Source: Planctomycetota bacterium
GTDB lineage: Bacteria > Planctomycetota > UBA8108 > SXIK01
Direction of reading: 5' to 3'
DNA length: 64,000 bases
Assembly: GCA_965223845.1 (NCBI GenBank)
Contig: CBDCXR010000004.1
Span: 6,496,001 to 6,560,000, forward strand
A program made the position numbers and the translations under genes. This document shows, piece by piece, positions 20,616 to 30,400 of the stretch. Position 1 is the first letter of the stretch. Every line of letters begins with the position of its first letter. A model generated the notes under the pieces. It was not told the DNA's origin, ran no database searches, and worked only from the letters and a program-made list of their open reading frames with translations.

Positions 20616-21647
20616 ATGTTCCTCCCGATCCGTTCGCTGCTCTGGATTCTTCGTGCGACCGGCTGCTCGGTTGTGCTCTGCGCGTCCGCTGCGGGCGCTC
20701 GAGCGGAAGACCTACCCGATCCCGATGCCGTCGAGACTCCGCGCGAGGTGAAGGGCCACGGGGGCGAAGTCTACTGCGTCGCGTTTGCGCCCGACTCCGG
20801 GCACGTCGCATCGGGAAGCTTCGACCGTACTGCGCGGATCTGGCGCGTGAAGGACGGTGCGCCGCGGGTCGCGTTCGCCGGGCACGGCGGAAAGGTCATG
20901 GCCTGCGGCTTCAGCAAGGACGGGAAGCGCTTCGCGACGGGCGGGCAGGACAAGGTCGTTCGCGTTTGGGACGTCCCCGCCCTGGCGGCGGCCGAGCCCG
21001 CGCCGTCCGATCTCAAGCCGGCGCTTGAGCTCAAGGGACACGAGAGCTACGTGCAGGGTCTCGAGTTTTCGCCCGACGGCAAGTGGCTGGCTTCCGCCAG
21101 CGGTGACAAGTCGGTCCGCGTGTGGAGTCTCGCGGACGGGAAGGAAGCGAAGAAGCTCGACGGCCACGGCGCGAGCGTGTACGCGGTCGCATTCGCTCCG
21201 TCGGGGGCTCTGCTCGCTAGCGGCGGTTCCGACAAGACCGTGCGGCTGTGGAATCCGGTCGAGGGAAAGGAAGCGAAGACGATCGCGGACGCGCACGAGG
21301 AGGCCGTCCTCGCGCTCGCGTTCGTCGCGGATGGGAAGGAGCTCGTGAGCGCGGGGTTCGACCTCAAGCTCAAACGCTGGGACCTGGAATCCGCAAAGGT
21401 GATCACCGTCTACGCGGGGCATCGCGGCTGGCCGTGCGGAGTTGGGGTCGATCCGAGCGGTGCAACGCTCGTATCGGCCGACTACGGCGGACACATCGTC
21501 GAGTGGGATCTGGCGGCCGGCGCGGCGCGATCGCATCGTCGCGTCGCTCGGCCGCTCTATTCGATGGCCCTCTCTCCCGACGGCGGAACGGTCGCGCTCG
21601 CGGCGCGGGGAAACGTCGTTCTTCTCGTCCCGGCGAAGGCGCCGTAG
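20616..21647 (+). CDS. Secreted WD40-repeat protein
   Basis: Signal peptide; ~6-7 GH...ASGSxDxT(V/A)R(I/V/L)W repeats. Confidence 0.92.
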   Translation: MFLPIRSLLWILRATGCSVVLCASAAGARAEDLPDPDAVETPREVKGHGGEVYCVAFAPDSGHVASGSFDRTARIWRVKDGAPRVAFAGHGGKVMACGFSKDGKRFATGGQDKVVRVWDVPALAAAEPAPSDLKPALELKGHESYVQGLEFSPDGKWLASASGDKSVRVWSLADGKEAKKLDGHGASVYAVAFAPSGALLASGGSDKTVRLWNPVEGKEAKTIADAHEEAVLALAFVADGKELVSAGFDLKLKRWDLESAKVITVYAGHRGWPCGVGVDPSGATLVSADYGGHIVEWDLAAGAARSHRRVARPLYSMALSPDGGTVALAARGNVVLLVPAKAP

Positions 21648-21764
21648 CGCGAATCGAAACCGCGGTGCCGATGTACGCCTCGCCGGTCCTCGCAGCGGCT
21701 CTCCGCGCGCCGACGGAGAGGGACCGCTCGAACGGGGAAGGGCGCGAGGCGGAAGATCGACGAG

Positions 21765-21787
21765 TCCCGGTAAACGAAACACCGGGA
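21765..21787. promoter_or_regulatory. Palindrome TCCCGGT-N9-ACCGGGA upstream of the GlnA4-like operon (operator or hairpin)
   Basis: Perfect 7-bp inverted repeat ~55 nt upstream of the ATG at 21843. Confidence 0.35.
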
Positions 21788-21842
21788 TCACGTCGAAGAA
21801 GGGAAGAGTTCGCCGGTTCGTTTCGCCGAGGAGGCGAGGTCG

Positions 21843-23225
21843 ATGTCCGAAATCCAAGGAATGTTGAGCGCCGAAGCGCTCGCCGACGCCGTCGCGAGTG
21901 ACGAGATCGACACCGTGATCGTGGCGTTCACGGATCTCTACGGCCGACTCGTCGGAAAGCGCTTCGACGCCGGCTACTTCGTCCGGTCGATCGCGAAGGC
22001 CGGAACGCACGGCTGCGACTACCTCTTCACGGTCGACATGGAGATGGATCCGATCGCCGGTTACCGCTTCGCGAACTGGGAGAGCGGCTACGGCGACGTC
22101 CACCTCGTGCCGGATCTCTCGACCCTGCGCCGAGCCGCCTGGCTCGATCGGACCGCGCTCGTGCTCTGTGACGTCGAGCGCGGCGACGGGCACGAGCCCG
22201 TCCCGATCGCCCCGCGCTCGATCCTCAAGGCGCAGATCGCACGCGCGCACGCGCTCGGCTACACGGCGGCGGCGGCGTCGGAGCTCGAGTTCTATATCTT
22301 CGAAGACTCGTATCGGGACGCCGCCGGGAAGAATTGGACCGGACTCACGCCGTCGGGGTGGTACATCGAGGACTACCACACGCTACAGGGTTCGCGGGTA
22401 GAAGATCTCGTCGGCGCGGCTCGCCGCGAGCTGAGCGCGTCGGGCGTACCGGTGGAAAACTCGAAGGGCGAGTGGGGGCTCGGGCAGCACGAGATCAACG
22501 TTCGCTACGCCGACGCTCTCTCGATGGCGGACCGGCACGTCGTCTACAAGCAGTGTCTGAAAGAGATCGCCGATCGCGCGGGGCGGAGCGTTAGCTTCAT
22601 GCCGAAGTACTCGACCGATGGCGCGGGCTCGAGCTGTCACATCCACTTGAGTCTCTGGCAGAACGGACGGAACGCGTTCGCCGGTCAGGTGCCGGTCGGC
22701 TCGGTTCAGGCGAGCGATGTCTTTCGCTGGTTTCTCGGGGGCTGGCTCCGCCACACCGCGGATGTCATGGCGTTCTATGCGCCGACGATCAACGCGTACA
22801 AGCGATACCAGGCGGGTTCGTGGGCGCCGACGGGAATCGCCTGGAGCCGTGACAACCGCACCGCCGGATACCGCGTCGTCGGCAGCGGCGAGAGTCTTCG
22901 CATCGAGTGTCGAGTCCCCGGCGCCGACTGCAATCCGTACCTCGCGTTGGCGGCCGCGCTCGCGTCCGGGCTCGAAGGCATCGAGCAGCGAATCGAGCCC
23001 CCGGCGATGTTCGAAGGCGACGTATACGCCGCGGCGGACTCGGTGCCCAAGGTGCCGTCCACCCTGCGCGCCGCCGCGGACCAGTTCTCGGAAAGTGAAT
23101 TTACCGTCCGAGTCTTCGGCGAGGACGTCGTCGAGCACTACACGCACTTCTTCCGGACCGAGCAAGCCGCGTACGACGAAGCAGTGACCGACTGGGAGCG
23201 GCGGCGCTACTTCGAGAGGATCTGA
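21843..23225 (+). CDS. Glutamine synthetase-like gamma-glutamyl-amine ligase (GlnA4/PuuA-like)
   Basis: DLYGRLVGKR, SELEF, KGEWGLGQHE, GSSCHIH, YAPTINAYKR, DNRT, RIECRVPGADCNPY, VTDWERRRYFERI; GAGGAGG RBS. Confidence 0.92.
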   Translation: MSEIQGMLSAEALADAVASDEIDTVIVAFTDLYGRLVGKRFDAGYFVRSIAKAGTHGCDYLFTVDMEMDPIAGYRFANWESGYGDVHLVPDLSTLRRAAWLDRTALVLCDVERGDGHEPVPIAPRSILKAQIARAHALGYTAAAASELEFYIFEDSYRDAAGKNWTGLTPSGWYIEDYHTLQGSRVEDLVGAARRELSASGVPVENSKGEWGLGQHEINVRYADALSMADRHVVYKQCLKEIADRAGRSVSFMPKYSTDGAGSSCHIHLSLWQNGRNAFAGQVPVGSVQASDVFRWFLGGWLRHTADVMAFYAPTINAYKRYQAGSWAPTGIAWSRDNRTAGYRVVGSGESLRIECRVPGADCNPYLALAAALASGLEGIEQRIEPPAMFEGDVYAAADSVPKVPSTLRAAADQFSESEFTVRVFGEDVVEHYTHFFRTEQAAYDEAVTDWERRRYFERI

Positions 23226-23230
23226 GCGAG

Positions 23231-23959
23231 ATGGCCGGCGGCGCCCCCCGAATCGCCATCACGATGTACGGACGCGATGAGAACGCAGCGTTCTCGCTGC
23301 CGTCGGAGTACGTCGACTCCGTGCGGCGTGCGGGCGGGCTGCCGATTCTCCTCGCGCCGGGAGAGGAACGCTGGCGTGAGCTCCTCTATGTCGCCGACGG
23401 CTGGATTCTCGCGGGCGGCGGCGATCTCGATCCCGAACTTCACGGAGCGAGCGCGCACGAGTCGGTCTACATGGTCGACGAGGAGCGAGACACGAGCGAG
23501 CTGACTCTCGCCAAAACGCTCGTCTCCGGCGTGCAGCCGACACTCGGGATCTGTCGCGGCACGCAGGTGATCAACGTCGCACTCGGCGGAACACTCCACG
23601 TCCATCTGCCGGATGTCGTCGGGGACGAGATCGCGCATCGCGCTCCGCCTCGCGAGCCGGTGCCGCACGCGGTCTGCGTGGAGGACGGTACTCTGCTCGC
23701 TTCGCTGGTCGAAGAGCTCGAATTCGACGCGGAGTCTTGGCATCACCAAGCGATCGATCGAGTGCCGCGAGAGCTTCGCGTGGTCGCGCGGGCGCCGGAC
23801 GGAACGATCGAAGCGATCGAGATGCCGGGGCATGAGTGGCTCGTCGGCGTGCAGTGGCATCCCGAGCTCACCGCCGAGCGCGACCGCATCCAGCAGCGGA
23901 TCTTCGATCGTTTCGTCGAGGCCGTCCGTTGCCGTCGAATGACGAGGGAGACTCGATGA
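23231..23959 (+). CDS. Gamma-glutamyl-amide hydrolase (peptidase C26, PuuD-like)
   Basis: LAGGGDLDP, LGICRGTQ.INVALGGTL, SWHHQA, GVQWHPE (Cys-His-Glu triad). Confidence 0.93.
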   Translation: MAGGAPRIAITMYGRDENAAFSLPSEYVDSVRRAGGLPILLAPGEERWRELLYVADGWILAGGGDLDPELHGASAHESVYMVDEERDTSELTLAKTLVSGVQPTLGICRGTQVINVALGGTLHVHLPDVVGDEIAHRAPPREPVPHAVCVEDGTLLASLVEELEFDAESWHHQAIDRVPRELRVVARAPDGTIEAIEMPGHEWLVGVQWHPELTAERDRIQQRIFDRFVEAVRCRRMTRETR

Positions 23960-24741
23960 GACTCGAAAGCAAAGTAGCGTGGATCACGGGTGCCGCGAGC
24001 GGTATCGGTCGCGAGTCGGCGGAGCTCTTCGCGCGCGAAGGGGCGTGCGTTGTTGCGGTCGACGTCGATGACGAAGGCGGCCGCGCGACCGTCGAGGCGA
24101 TCGAGGCGGCCGGCGGGCGGGCGGTGTACTGCCGCGGCGACGTATCGCGAGCGGCCGATGTCGCGGCGTCGATCGAGCGAGCCGAGCGCGAGTTCGGAAA
24201 ACTCGACATCCTCTTCAATAACGCCGGGATTATGCACAGCGCCGATGATGGCGCCGAGACGACCTCCGAAGACGTGTGGGACCTCACCATGGCGGTGAAC
24301 CTGAAGGGCGTGTTTCTCGGCTGCAAGTTCGGAATCCCCGCGCTTCGACGCGCTGGGGGCGGCTCGATCGTGAACACCGCGTCGTTCGTCGCCGTGCTCG
24401 GGGCGGCGACGCCGCAGGTCGCCTACACCGCGAGCAAGGGGGGAGTGCTCGCTTTCACCCGCGAACTCGCGGTGATCCACGCGCGCGAGGGGATCCGCGT
24501 GAACGCCCTCTGCCCGGGACCCCTCCGCACCGAGCTGCTCATGAAGTTTCTCGATACGGAAGAGAAGCGCGAGCGCCGGCTCGTCCACATCCCGATGGGG
24601 CGCTTCGGTGAGGCGCGCGAAATGGCGAAGGCGGCTCTCTATCTCGCGTCGGAGGAGTCGTCGTACTTGACGGGCGCGGAGTTTCTCGTCGACGGCGGTA
24701 TCACGAGTGCGTACGTCACGCCGGAAGGACCGCCGCAGTGA
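23956..24741 (+). CDS. Short-chain dehydrogenase/reductase (Rv2857c-like)
   Basis: ATGA overlap; ITGAASGIG, NNAG, ASFVAVLGAAT.Q.AYTASKGG, LVHIPMGRF. Confidence 0.92.
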   Translation: MRLESKVAWITGAASGIGRESAELFAREGACVVAVDVDDEGGRATVEAIEAAGGRAVYCRGDVSRAADVAASIERAEREFGKLDILFNNAGIMHSADDGAETTSEDVWDLTMAVNLKGVFLGCKFGIPALRRAGGGSIVNTASFVAVLGAATPQVAYTASKGGVLAFTRELAVIHAREGIRVNALCPGPLRTELLMKFLDTEEKRERRLVHIPMGRFGEAREMAKAALYLASEESSYLTGAEFLVDGGITSAYVTPEGPPQ

Positions 24742-24759
24742 TCGTGCGTTCCCGTTCGC

Positions 24760-25191
24760 TCAGGAGGGCTCGCCCTCGATCTCGTGGTCGAGCGCGTAAT
24801 TCGCAAGCCCGTCCGCGCGTGCGTTTTCCTCGCGACGGACGTGCGTGAACTCGATCGACTCGAACTTCTCCGCGAGGCTGCGACACGAGGTGTAGAGGGG
24901 CTTCAGCGTCGGCGAACGGACCGCGTATTCGCCGCGGAGTTGTCGGATGAGAAGCTGGCTGTCGCTCCGCAGCACGACGTGCTTCGCGCCCCGCTCGAGG
25001 GCGCGGGCGAGAGCCTCCTTGACGGCGGTGTACTCGGCGAAGTTGTTCGTCTGCCGCCCGAGCATGCGCGCGTGCTCATCGATCAAGTTTCCGTCCGTGT
25101 CGTGCACGCAGATTCCGATGGACGCCGGTCCCGGATTGCCGCGACTCGCGCCGTCGGTGTGGATGATGATCGAACTTGGCCACGTGCTCAT
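24760..25191 (-). CDS. rnhA: Ribonuclease HI (short actinobacterial/archaeal-like type)
   Basis: Acidic tetrad in HTDGASRGNPG, TNNFAEY, SDSQL and HVRREEN..AD.LAN. Confidence 0.92.
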   Translation of the reverse strand: MSTWPSSIIIHTDGASRGNPGPASIGICVHDTDGNLIDEHARMLGRQTNNFAEYTAVKEALARALERGAKHVVLRSDSQLLIRQLRGEYAVRSPTLKPLYTSCRSLAEKFESIEFTHVRREENARADGLANYALDHEIEGEPS

Positions 25192-25390
25192 GATGCGATC
25201 GACCGTTCCGGTCGAGTGAAAAGGATGCGCAGTCCGATCGAACGAGACCGAGCGGAGGTTTGCCGAGCGCCCCAGTTGAGCGCAAGTCCTCGTGGAAGTC
25301 CAGCATCCGCGCGAACCGAAACGGGCTCCTTCTCTCGCCCCTGCGCTGTACTTCCCCCTCGAAAGGAGAACGGGGAAGCGGACCTCACGC

Positions 25391-25627
25391 GGGCCTTCCC
25401 GGACCGAGTGCCGGGGAGCGACGGGTCGCGCGAACGAAACGGAGAGGCGCGGCCGACCAGAAGCTCTGCGAAGCGGAGACAAGGACGAGAAGGGCGAACA
25501 CGGGGCAGTCGGTTACTGCTCCATGACGACTACTTCGCACAGACTGGTTCGAGCGTCGCGCCTCTCCGAAAACAGTAGCGAGATTCAGGGGCCGGTGCGC
25601 TCGGTCACCGTCCGAACGGGAGGGCCC
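25391..25627. ncRNA. Candidate structured non-coding element (long nested imperfect hairpin)
   Basis: Nested stems: 25391-401/25617-627, 25402-411/25597-606, 25440-451/25557-568 (perfect 12 bp), 25467-473/25533-539, 25502-509/25515-522. Confidence 0.4.
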
Positions 25628-25699
25628 CGGCGACACTCCCTCGGGCGGCTCGCGTTTCCGGTCTGAACCGGCGACTCCGAGCGTGGCACGGTTCGTTAG

Positions 25700-25715
25700 A
25701 GCACGTGCCGTTCCA
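25700..25715 (-). promoter_or_regulatory. Putative sigma54 -24/-12 promoter
   Basis: Minus strand reads TGGAACGGCACGTGCT, with GG and GC at the canonical spacing; adjacent to a divergent sigma54 activator. Confidence 0.6.
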
Positions 25716-25789
25716 CGGCGGAGCGACGTCGAAACCTGCGTGCCGGCAGTGAGTTAGGGATCCGCGTCTCGACGCCCCCGCGGATGGCT

Positions 25790-25815
25790 GTGCATCCCTT
25801 GCGAGGTGGATGTAC
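25790..25815. promoter_or_regulatory. Putative enhancer (UAS) palindrome GTGCATCC-N10-GGATGTAC
   Basis: 7/8 inverted repeat 75-100 bp upstream of the -24 element; overlaps the activator's upstream in-frame ATG (25810). Confidence 0.5.
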
Positions 25816-25824
25816 GCTGAGTGC

Positions 25825-27339
25825 ATGTGTGCGACCCAGCCGACCCTGACGAGCAGTGAGCGAGAGTTCTTCGACCTCGTCGCGCAGGCGGTCTTCGCGA
25901 ACCCGTTCAGCGACCGGCGCCGCGAGATCGACGAGCGGCTCCTCGGCGATCGCGGCGGGACTGCCGGTGTCGACGAGCGGGCGATGCTCCTCCAGGCACG
26001 CGTGAAGGAAGTCCTCGCGCGTCTCGACCGGCGACGCCTGGCCACCCTCGACGACATGCCCGCCGACCAGCGCGAGGCAGCGAAGATCGTCTTTCTCTTC
26101 GAGACGTACCACTCGTGGTTCAACGGACTCGAGCAACTCGTCGCCGACCAGCTGCGAGCCGGCGACGAACCGTGCCCCGTGCCGTTTGCGCGCGAGACGA
26201 TCGCCCATCTCCGCGCGCGCGGGTTCGACGAGGACGGGGCGGTCCGGTACTTCGCCCTCCTCTACCAGCTCCGTCGCGCGTACCACTTCATCGACTCGGG
26301 GCTCACCGGACGCAGTCGCGCGATGAAGGCGCTGCGCGGGCAATTGTGGAACAGCGTGATCTCGCACGATATCCGCTGGTACGATCGCTTCCTCATGGAC
26401 CGCATGGAGGATTTCTCCACTCTCCTCCTGGGCGAGACCGGTGCCGGGAAGGGGGCGGCCGCACGCGCGATCGGTCGCGCCGGGCTGATTCCGTTCGACG
26501 CCTCCCGCGGGCGCTTCGTCGAGAGCTTCACGCGCGCCTTCCTTTCGATCAATCTCTCGCAGTTCTCCGAGCTTCTCATCGAGTCGGAGCTCTTCGGTCA
26601 CAGCAAGGGCGCGTTCACCGGGGCGGTCGACGAGTACGACGGCGTGTTCGCTCGCTGCAGTCCGCACGGCGCGATCCTGCTCGACGAGATCGGCGAGGTG
26701 GGCGCGTCGATTCAGATCAAGCTCCTACAAGTGCTCCAGGAGCGCGAGTTCACGCCCGTTGGAGCTCGCGCGAGAAAGCGGTTCTCGGGCCGCGTCATCG
26801 CGGCGACGAATCGACCGCTCGCCGAGCTCCGGGAGAGCGTGCTCCGCGACGATTTCTTCTATCGTCTGTCGTCCAACATCATCACCGTGCCGTCGCTGCG
26901 CGCGCGCCTCGACGAAGATCCGGCCGAGCTCGACGTGCTCCTCGAGTCGACACTCTCGCGCATGGCGGGGGACGAGGCATCGACGCTCGTCGATCGCGTG
27001 CGGACGCGTATCGGCGAGTGCCTTCCTCCCGATTACGCCTGGCCGGGCAACGTGCGCGAGCTCGAGCAGTGCGTGCGGCGGATCCTCCTCACGAACGAGT
27101 ATCGACCCGCCAGTGCGGTGAACGAAGGCGGAACGCGTCAACTCGCATCGCGCCTCGAGGCCGGAGAGTTCACCGCGTCCGATCTTCTTCGCGAATACTG
27201 CCGCGTCCTCTACGAGTGCTGCGGAACCCTCGCCGAGGTCGCGCGACGAACGTCACTCGATCGCCGAACCGTAAAGAAGTACCTCGAAGAGGCGGGAGCA
27301 TCGTCTTCGCGGGATGGATCTTCCGAGTCGGATCACTGA
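25825..27339 (+). CDS. Sigma54-dependent enhancer-binding transcriptional regulator with an uncharacterised N-terminal domain
   Basis: GETGAGKG, ESELFGHSKGAFTGA, LLDEIGE, AATNR, WPGNVREL, C-terminal HTH. Alternative start at 25810. Confidence 0.93.
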   Translation: MCATQPTLTSSEREFFDLVAQAVFANPFSDRRREIDERLLGDRGGTAGVDERAMLLQARVKEVLARLDRRRLATLDDMPADQREAAKIVFLFETYHSWFNGLEQLVADQLRAGDEPCPVPFARETIAHLRARGFDEDGAVRYFALLYQLRRAYHFIDSGLTGRSRAMKALRGQLWNSVISHDIRWYDRFLMDRMEDFSTLLLGETGAGKGAAARAIGRAGLIPFDASRGRFVESFTRAFLSINLSQFSELLIESELFGHSKGAFTGAVDEYDGVFARCSPHGAILLDEIGEVGASIQIKLLQVLQEREFTPVGARARKRFSGRVIAATNRPLAELRESVLRDDFFYRLSSNIITVPSLRARLDEDPAELDVLLESTLSRMAGDEASTLVDRVRTRIGECLPPDYAWPGNVRELEQCVRRILLTNEYRPASAVNEGGTRQLASRLEAGEFTASDLLREYCRVLYECCGTLAEVARRTSLDRRTVKKYLEEAGASSSRDGSSESDH

Positions 27340-27422
27340 ATCGTCTCGCTTCGCGAGCGCCGTAGAGGACAATGGCGCTCAGTAAGAATGATTCAACTCT
27401 AGTTCTAGCGAGCGGAGCGGCG

Positions 27423-30400
27423 ATGAGTACGAGACTCTCGATCCTCGCAGCAGCGATCACGGTCGGGATGAGCTCCCTGGGAGCGGCGGACTGGCCGACG
27501 TACCGGCACGACAATCAGCGCAGCGGAACGACGACCGAGGAGCTCGATCTTTCGCGCCTCGCGCTCGCCTGGACGCATCGTTCGGCGCAGCCGCCTCAGC
27601 CGGCCTGGGCCGGTCCCGCGAAGTGGGACGCCTACGCGGGAATCCGCGGACTCCGTTCGATGCGGAACTACGATCCCGTGTTTCACGTGACCGCGGCGGC
27701 CGGTCTCGTCTTCTTCGGCTCGAGCGCCGACGACAGCGTGTACGCGCTCGACGCGGCGAGCGGCGAGGTGCGCTGGACAGTGACGACGGACGGACCCGTC
27801 CGCATCGCGCCGACGTACTCCCGTGGTCATCTCTACTTTGGATCGGACGACGGCAGAGCCTACTGCGTTCGGGCGTCCGACGGCACTCAGCGCTGGGTTC
27901 ATTCGCCGGAGACGGCGACCGCTCCGCTCATTCTTCACAACGGACGAATGATCTCGCGAGCTCCGTGCCGCACCGGTGTCCTCGTCCGCGACGGGATCGC
28001 CTACTTCGCGGGATCGCTCCTTCCGTGGGAACCGTCGTACCTAGCCGCGGTCGACGCCGAGACCGGCGTGGCGACCGGAGAGGGTCGATACATCGCTCCG
28101 CAGGCGGGACTCACGCTCGAAGGCGCGCTTCTCGCTTCCTCGACGCTGCTCGTCGCTCCCCAGGGACGCATCGAGCCACTCTTGATGCGGCGGAGCGACG
28201 GCGCGAGGCTCGGCGGGCTCAAGGGCGGCGGCGGCTGCTTCGTGCTTCTCACGAGCGACTCGCACATCCTCTACGGTCCGGGAAACAAGACAGGTTGGAT
28301 CACGGACAGCAGCACCGAGACGCGCGAGAAGATCGCGAGCTACTCGGGAGGAAACTCGGTCGTCGTGGCGGGCGACATCGCATACCTGCTGACGGACGAC
28401 GCGATCTCTGCGCTCGATCGGTCCACGCGAAAGCCGATCTGGACGACGCCGACGCGACACCCCTACGACTTGATCTTCGCCGGCGGGACCCTCTTCGCCG
28501 GCGGGCAGGACTCCGTCGTCGCCATCGATGCCCTCACGGGCGAGATCCATTGGCGAGCCGCCGTTCCCGGTAGGGCGTACGGACTCGCGGTGGCGGACGG
28601 GCGTCTTTTCGTGAGCACGGATTCCGGGGCGATCTGTTGCTTCGAAGCCTCGGCGAATCCGGACGCGGCCAGCCCGCAAGCGGTCGCCGCCCGAGCGGAC
28701 GGCGAGTCGCCTCGATCCGAGGCGAGAATCGCCCCGATCGCCGCCGCCGGACTTCTCGGCCGCTGGGTGTTCTCCTCGGCGGGAGTCCGCGGACGAGTCG
28801 TCACCGACCAGGCCGGCTCTTCGAACGCGACGATCTCCGCGTCTCCGCGGCTCGGCGTCGCGAACGGGATCGAAGCTCTTCTCCTCGACGGCTCGACCAG
28901 CATCGTCGTTCGAACATCGTTTCGCGACGCTGCGCAGCCCGTCCGCGCGATGACCGCCTCGGCTTGGGTCCGCATCGATCAGCCCCTCTCCTGGGGCGGA
29001 ATTCTCGGCGCCGTGCAGGACAACGGCGAGGAGGAGCAGGGGTGGATTCTCGGCTACGTCGAATCGCGGTTCTCGTTCGCGCTCCGCGGAAAAGGCGGAA
29101 CCGGCCGGCTGACCTATCTCACCGACACGCGCGACTTCGTCCCCGGCCGGTGGTATCACGTCGCCGGGGTGTACGACGGCCGCGAAATGCGGCTCTACGT
29201 CGACGGCCAGCATCGCGCCGCGTCGACCGAGCAATCCGGCGAGATCGTCTATCCTCCGAGCGCTCCGTACGAAATCGCGGCGTACCACGACGACGACGAG
29301 AACTTTCGCGCGACGGGAGCGATCGCCGAGGCGCGACTCTATCGCCGAGCGCTGTCACTGGACGAGATTGCGGGCGCGGCGCGCGACCGCGAGCCTGTCT
29401 ACGAGGAGATCGTTACGCTCGCGCGCGGTCCCGCGCTCGAGTTCACGGCGCGCGGGACTGCACGCGTTACGTGGGAGTCCGCCGCGGCGACGCCTTCCGT
29501 CGTCGAGGTCGCGAGCGACGACGGCAGCGTTCGTCGCTTCGAAGACCGCGTCGAGAAGACGCGGCATACGCTCACGATCGACGGTCTCGAGCACCGACGA
29601 GTCTACGAGTGCCGAATCAAGATCCTCGACGAAGGCGTCGAGCGCTCGACCGCGCCGTTTGAGTGCGACACCTTTTTCGACTTCTCCGTCCCGCCCGTAC
29701 GGCTCGCGTCGCATCAAGCCGAAGCGAAGGACGAGGCGGTCGACTGGGACGAGTTGGCGAAGCAGTTTCTCGATCGTTCTGGGGTCGATCGCGGCGTCGC
29801 GCTCGTCCTCGGCGTCGACGGCGGACGACTTGCGCACGCGCTCGCTCGGCGGAGCCGACTCCGAGTCATCGGCGTCGACACCGACCGGGCCGAGATCGCT
29901 TCCGCGCGCGCTTGGCTGCGGAGCGAGGGAGCTTACGGCGCGCGGGTGACTCTCCTCCGGGTCGAATCGCTCGAGGAGCTGCCGTTCGCCGGCCAGTTCG
30001 CGAACCTCGTCGTCATGGCCGATCTCTTCGCGGACGGTCGACCGGCAGGGCGTGCCGCGGAGCTCTATCGTCAACTGCGCCCGGCGGGAGGAACCGCGAT
30101 TCTAGCCGTGCGAGCGAACGGCGACGCAATCGAGTCGCGTCGCGCATCGCTCGAGCTTGCGCGATGGCTCGATCGCGATGAGATCGGTCACCACCTCCGC
30201 GTAGACTCGACGGGCGCGTGGGTGTCGATCGTTCGAGGCGAGATTCCCGGCGCCGGTGAGTGGTCGCATCAGTACGGCCGCGCCGACAACTCGGCGTACG
30301 GGGGCGAGGCATTGGGCGGGGCGAAATCGTCGGGCGAGCTCCTCGCCCAGTGGATCGGACGTCCGGGTCCGCGTGCGCAGCCCGATCGGAACGGCAGGAA

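Noticed and set aside
21843-23225. Canonical glutamine synthetase glnA
   Set aside because: The operon context (C26 hydrolase and SDR) and sequence style fit the gamma-glutamyl-amine ligase subgroup, so no gene symbol was assigned.
25385-25636. 83-aa minus-strand ORF as the sigma54 target
   Set aside because: The purine run abuts the GTG with no spacing, there is no recognisable motif, and the ORF coincides with the hairpin structure. Not fully excluded.
25684-25699. Plus-strand sigma54 site TGGCACGGTTCGTTAG
   Set aside because: The -24 half is good but there is no GC at -12. The adjacent minus-strand site has the correct spacing.
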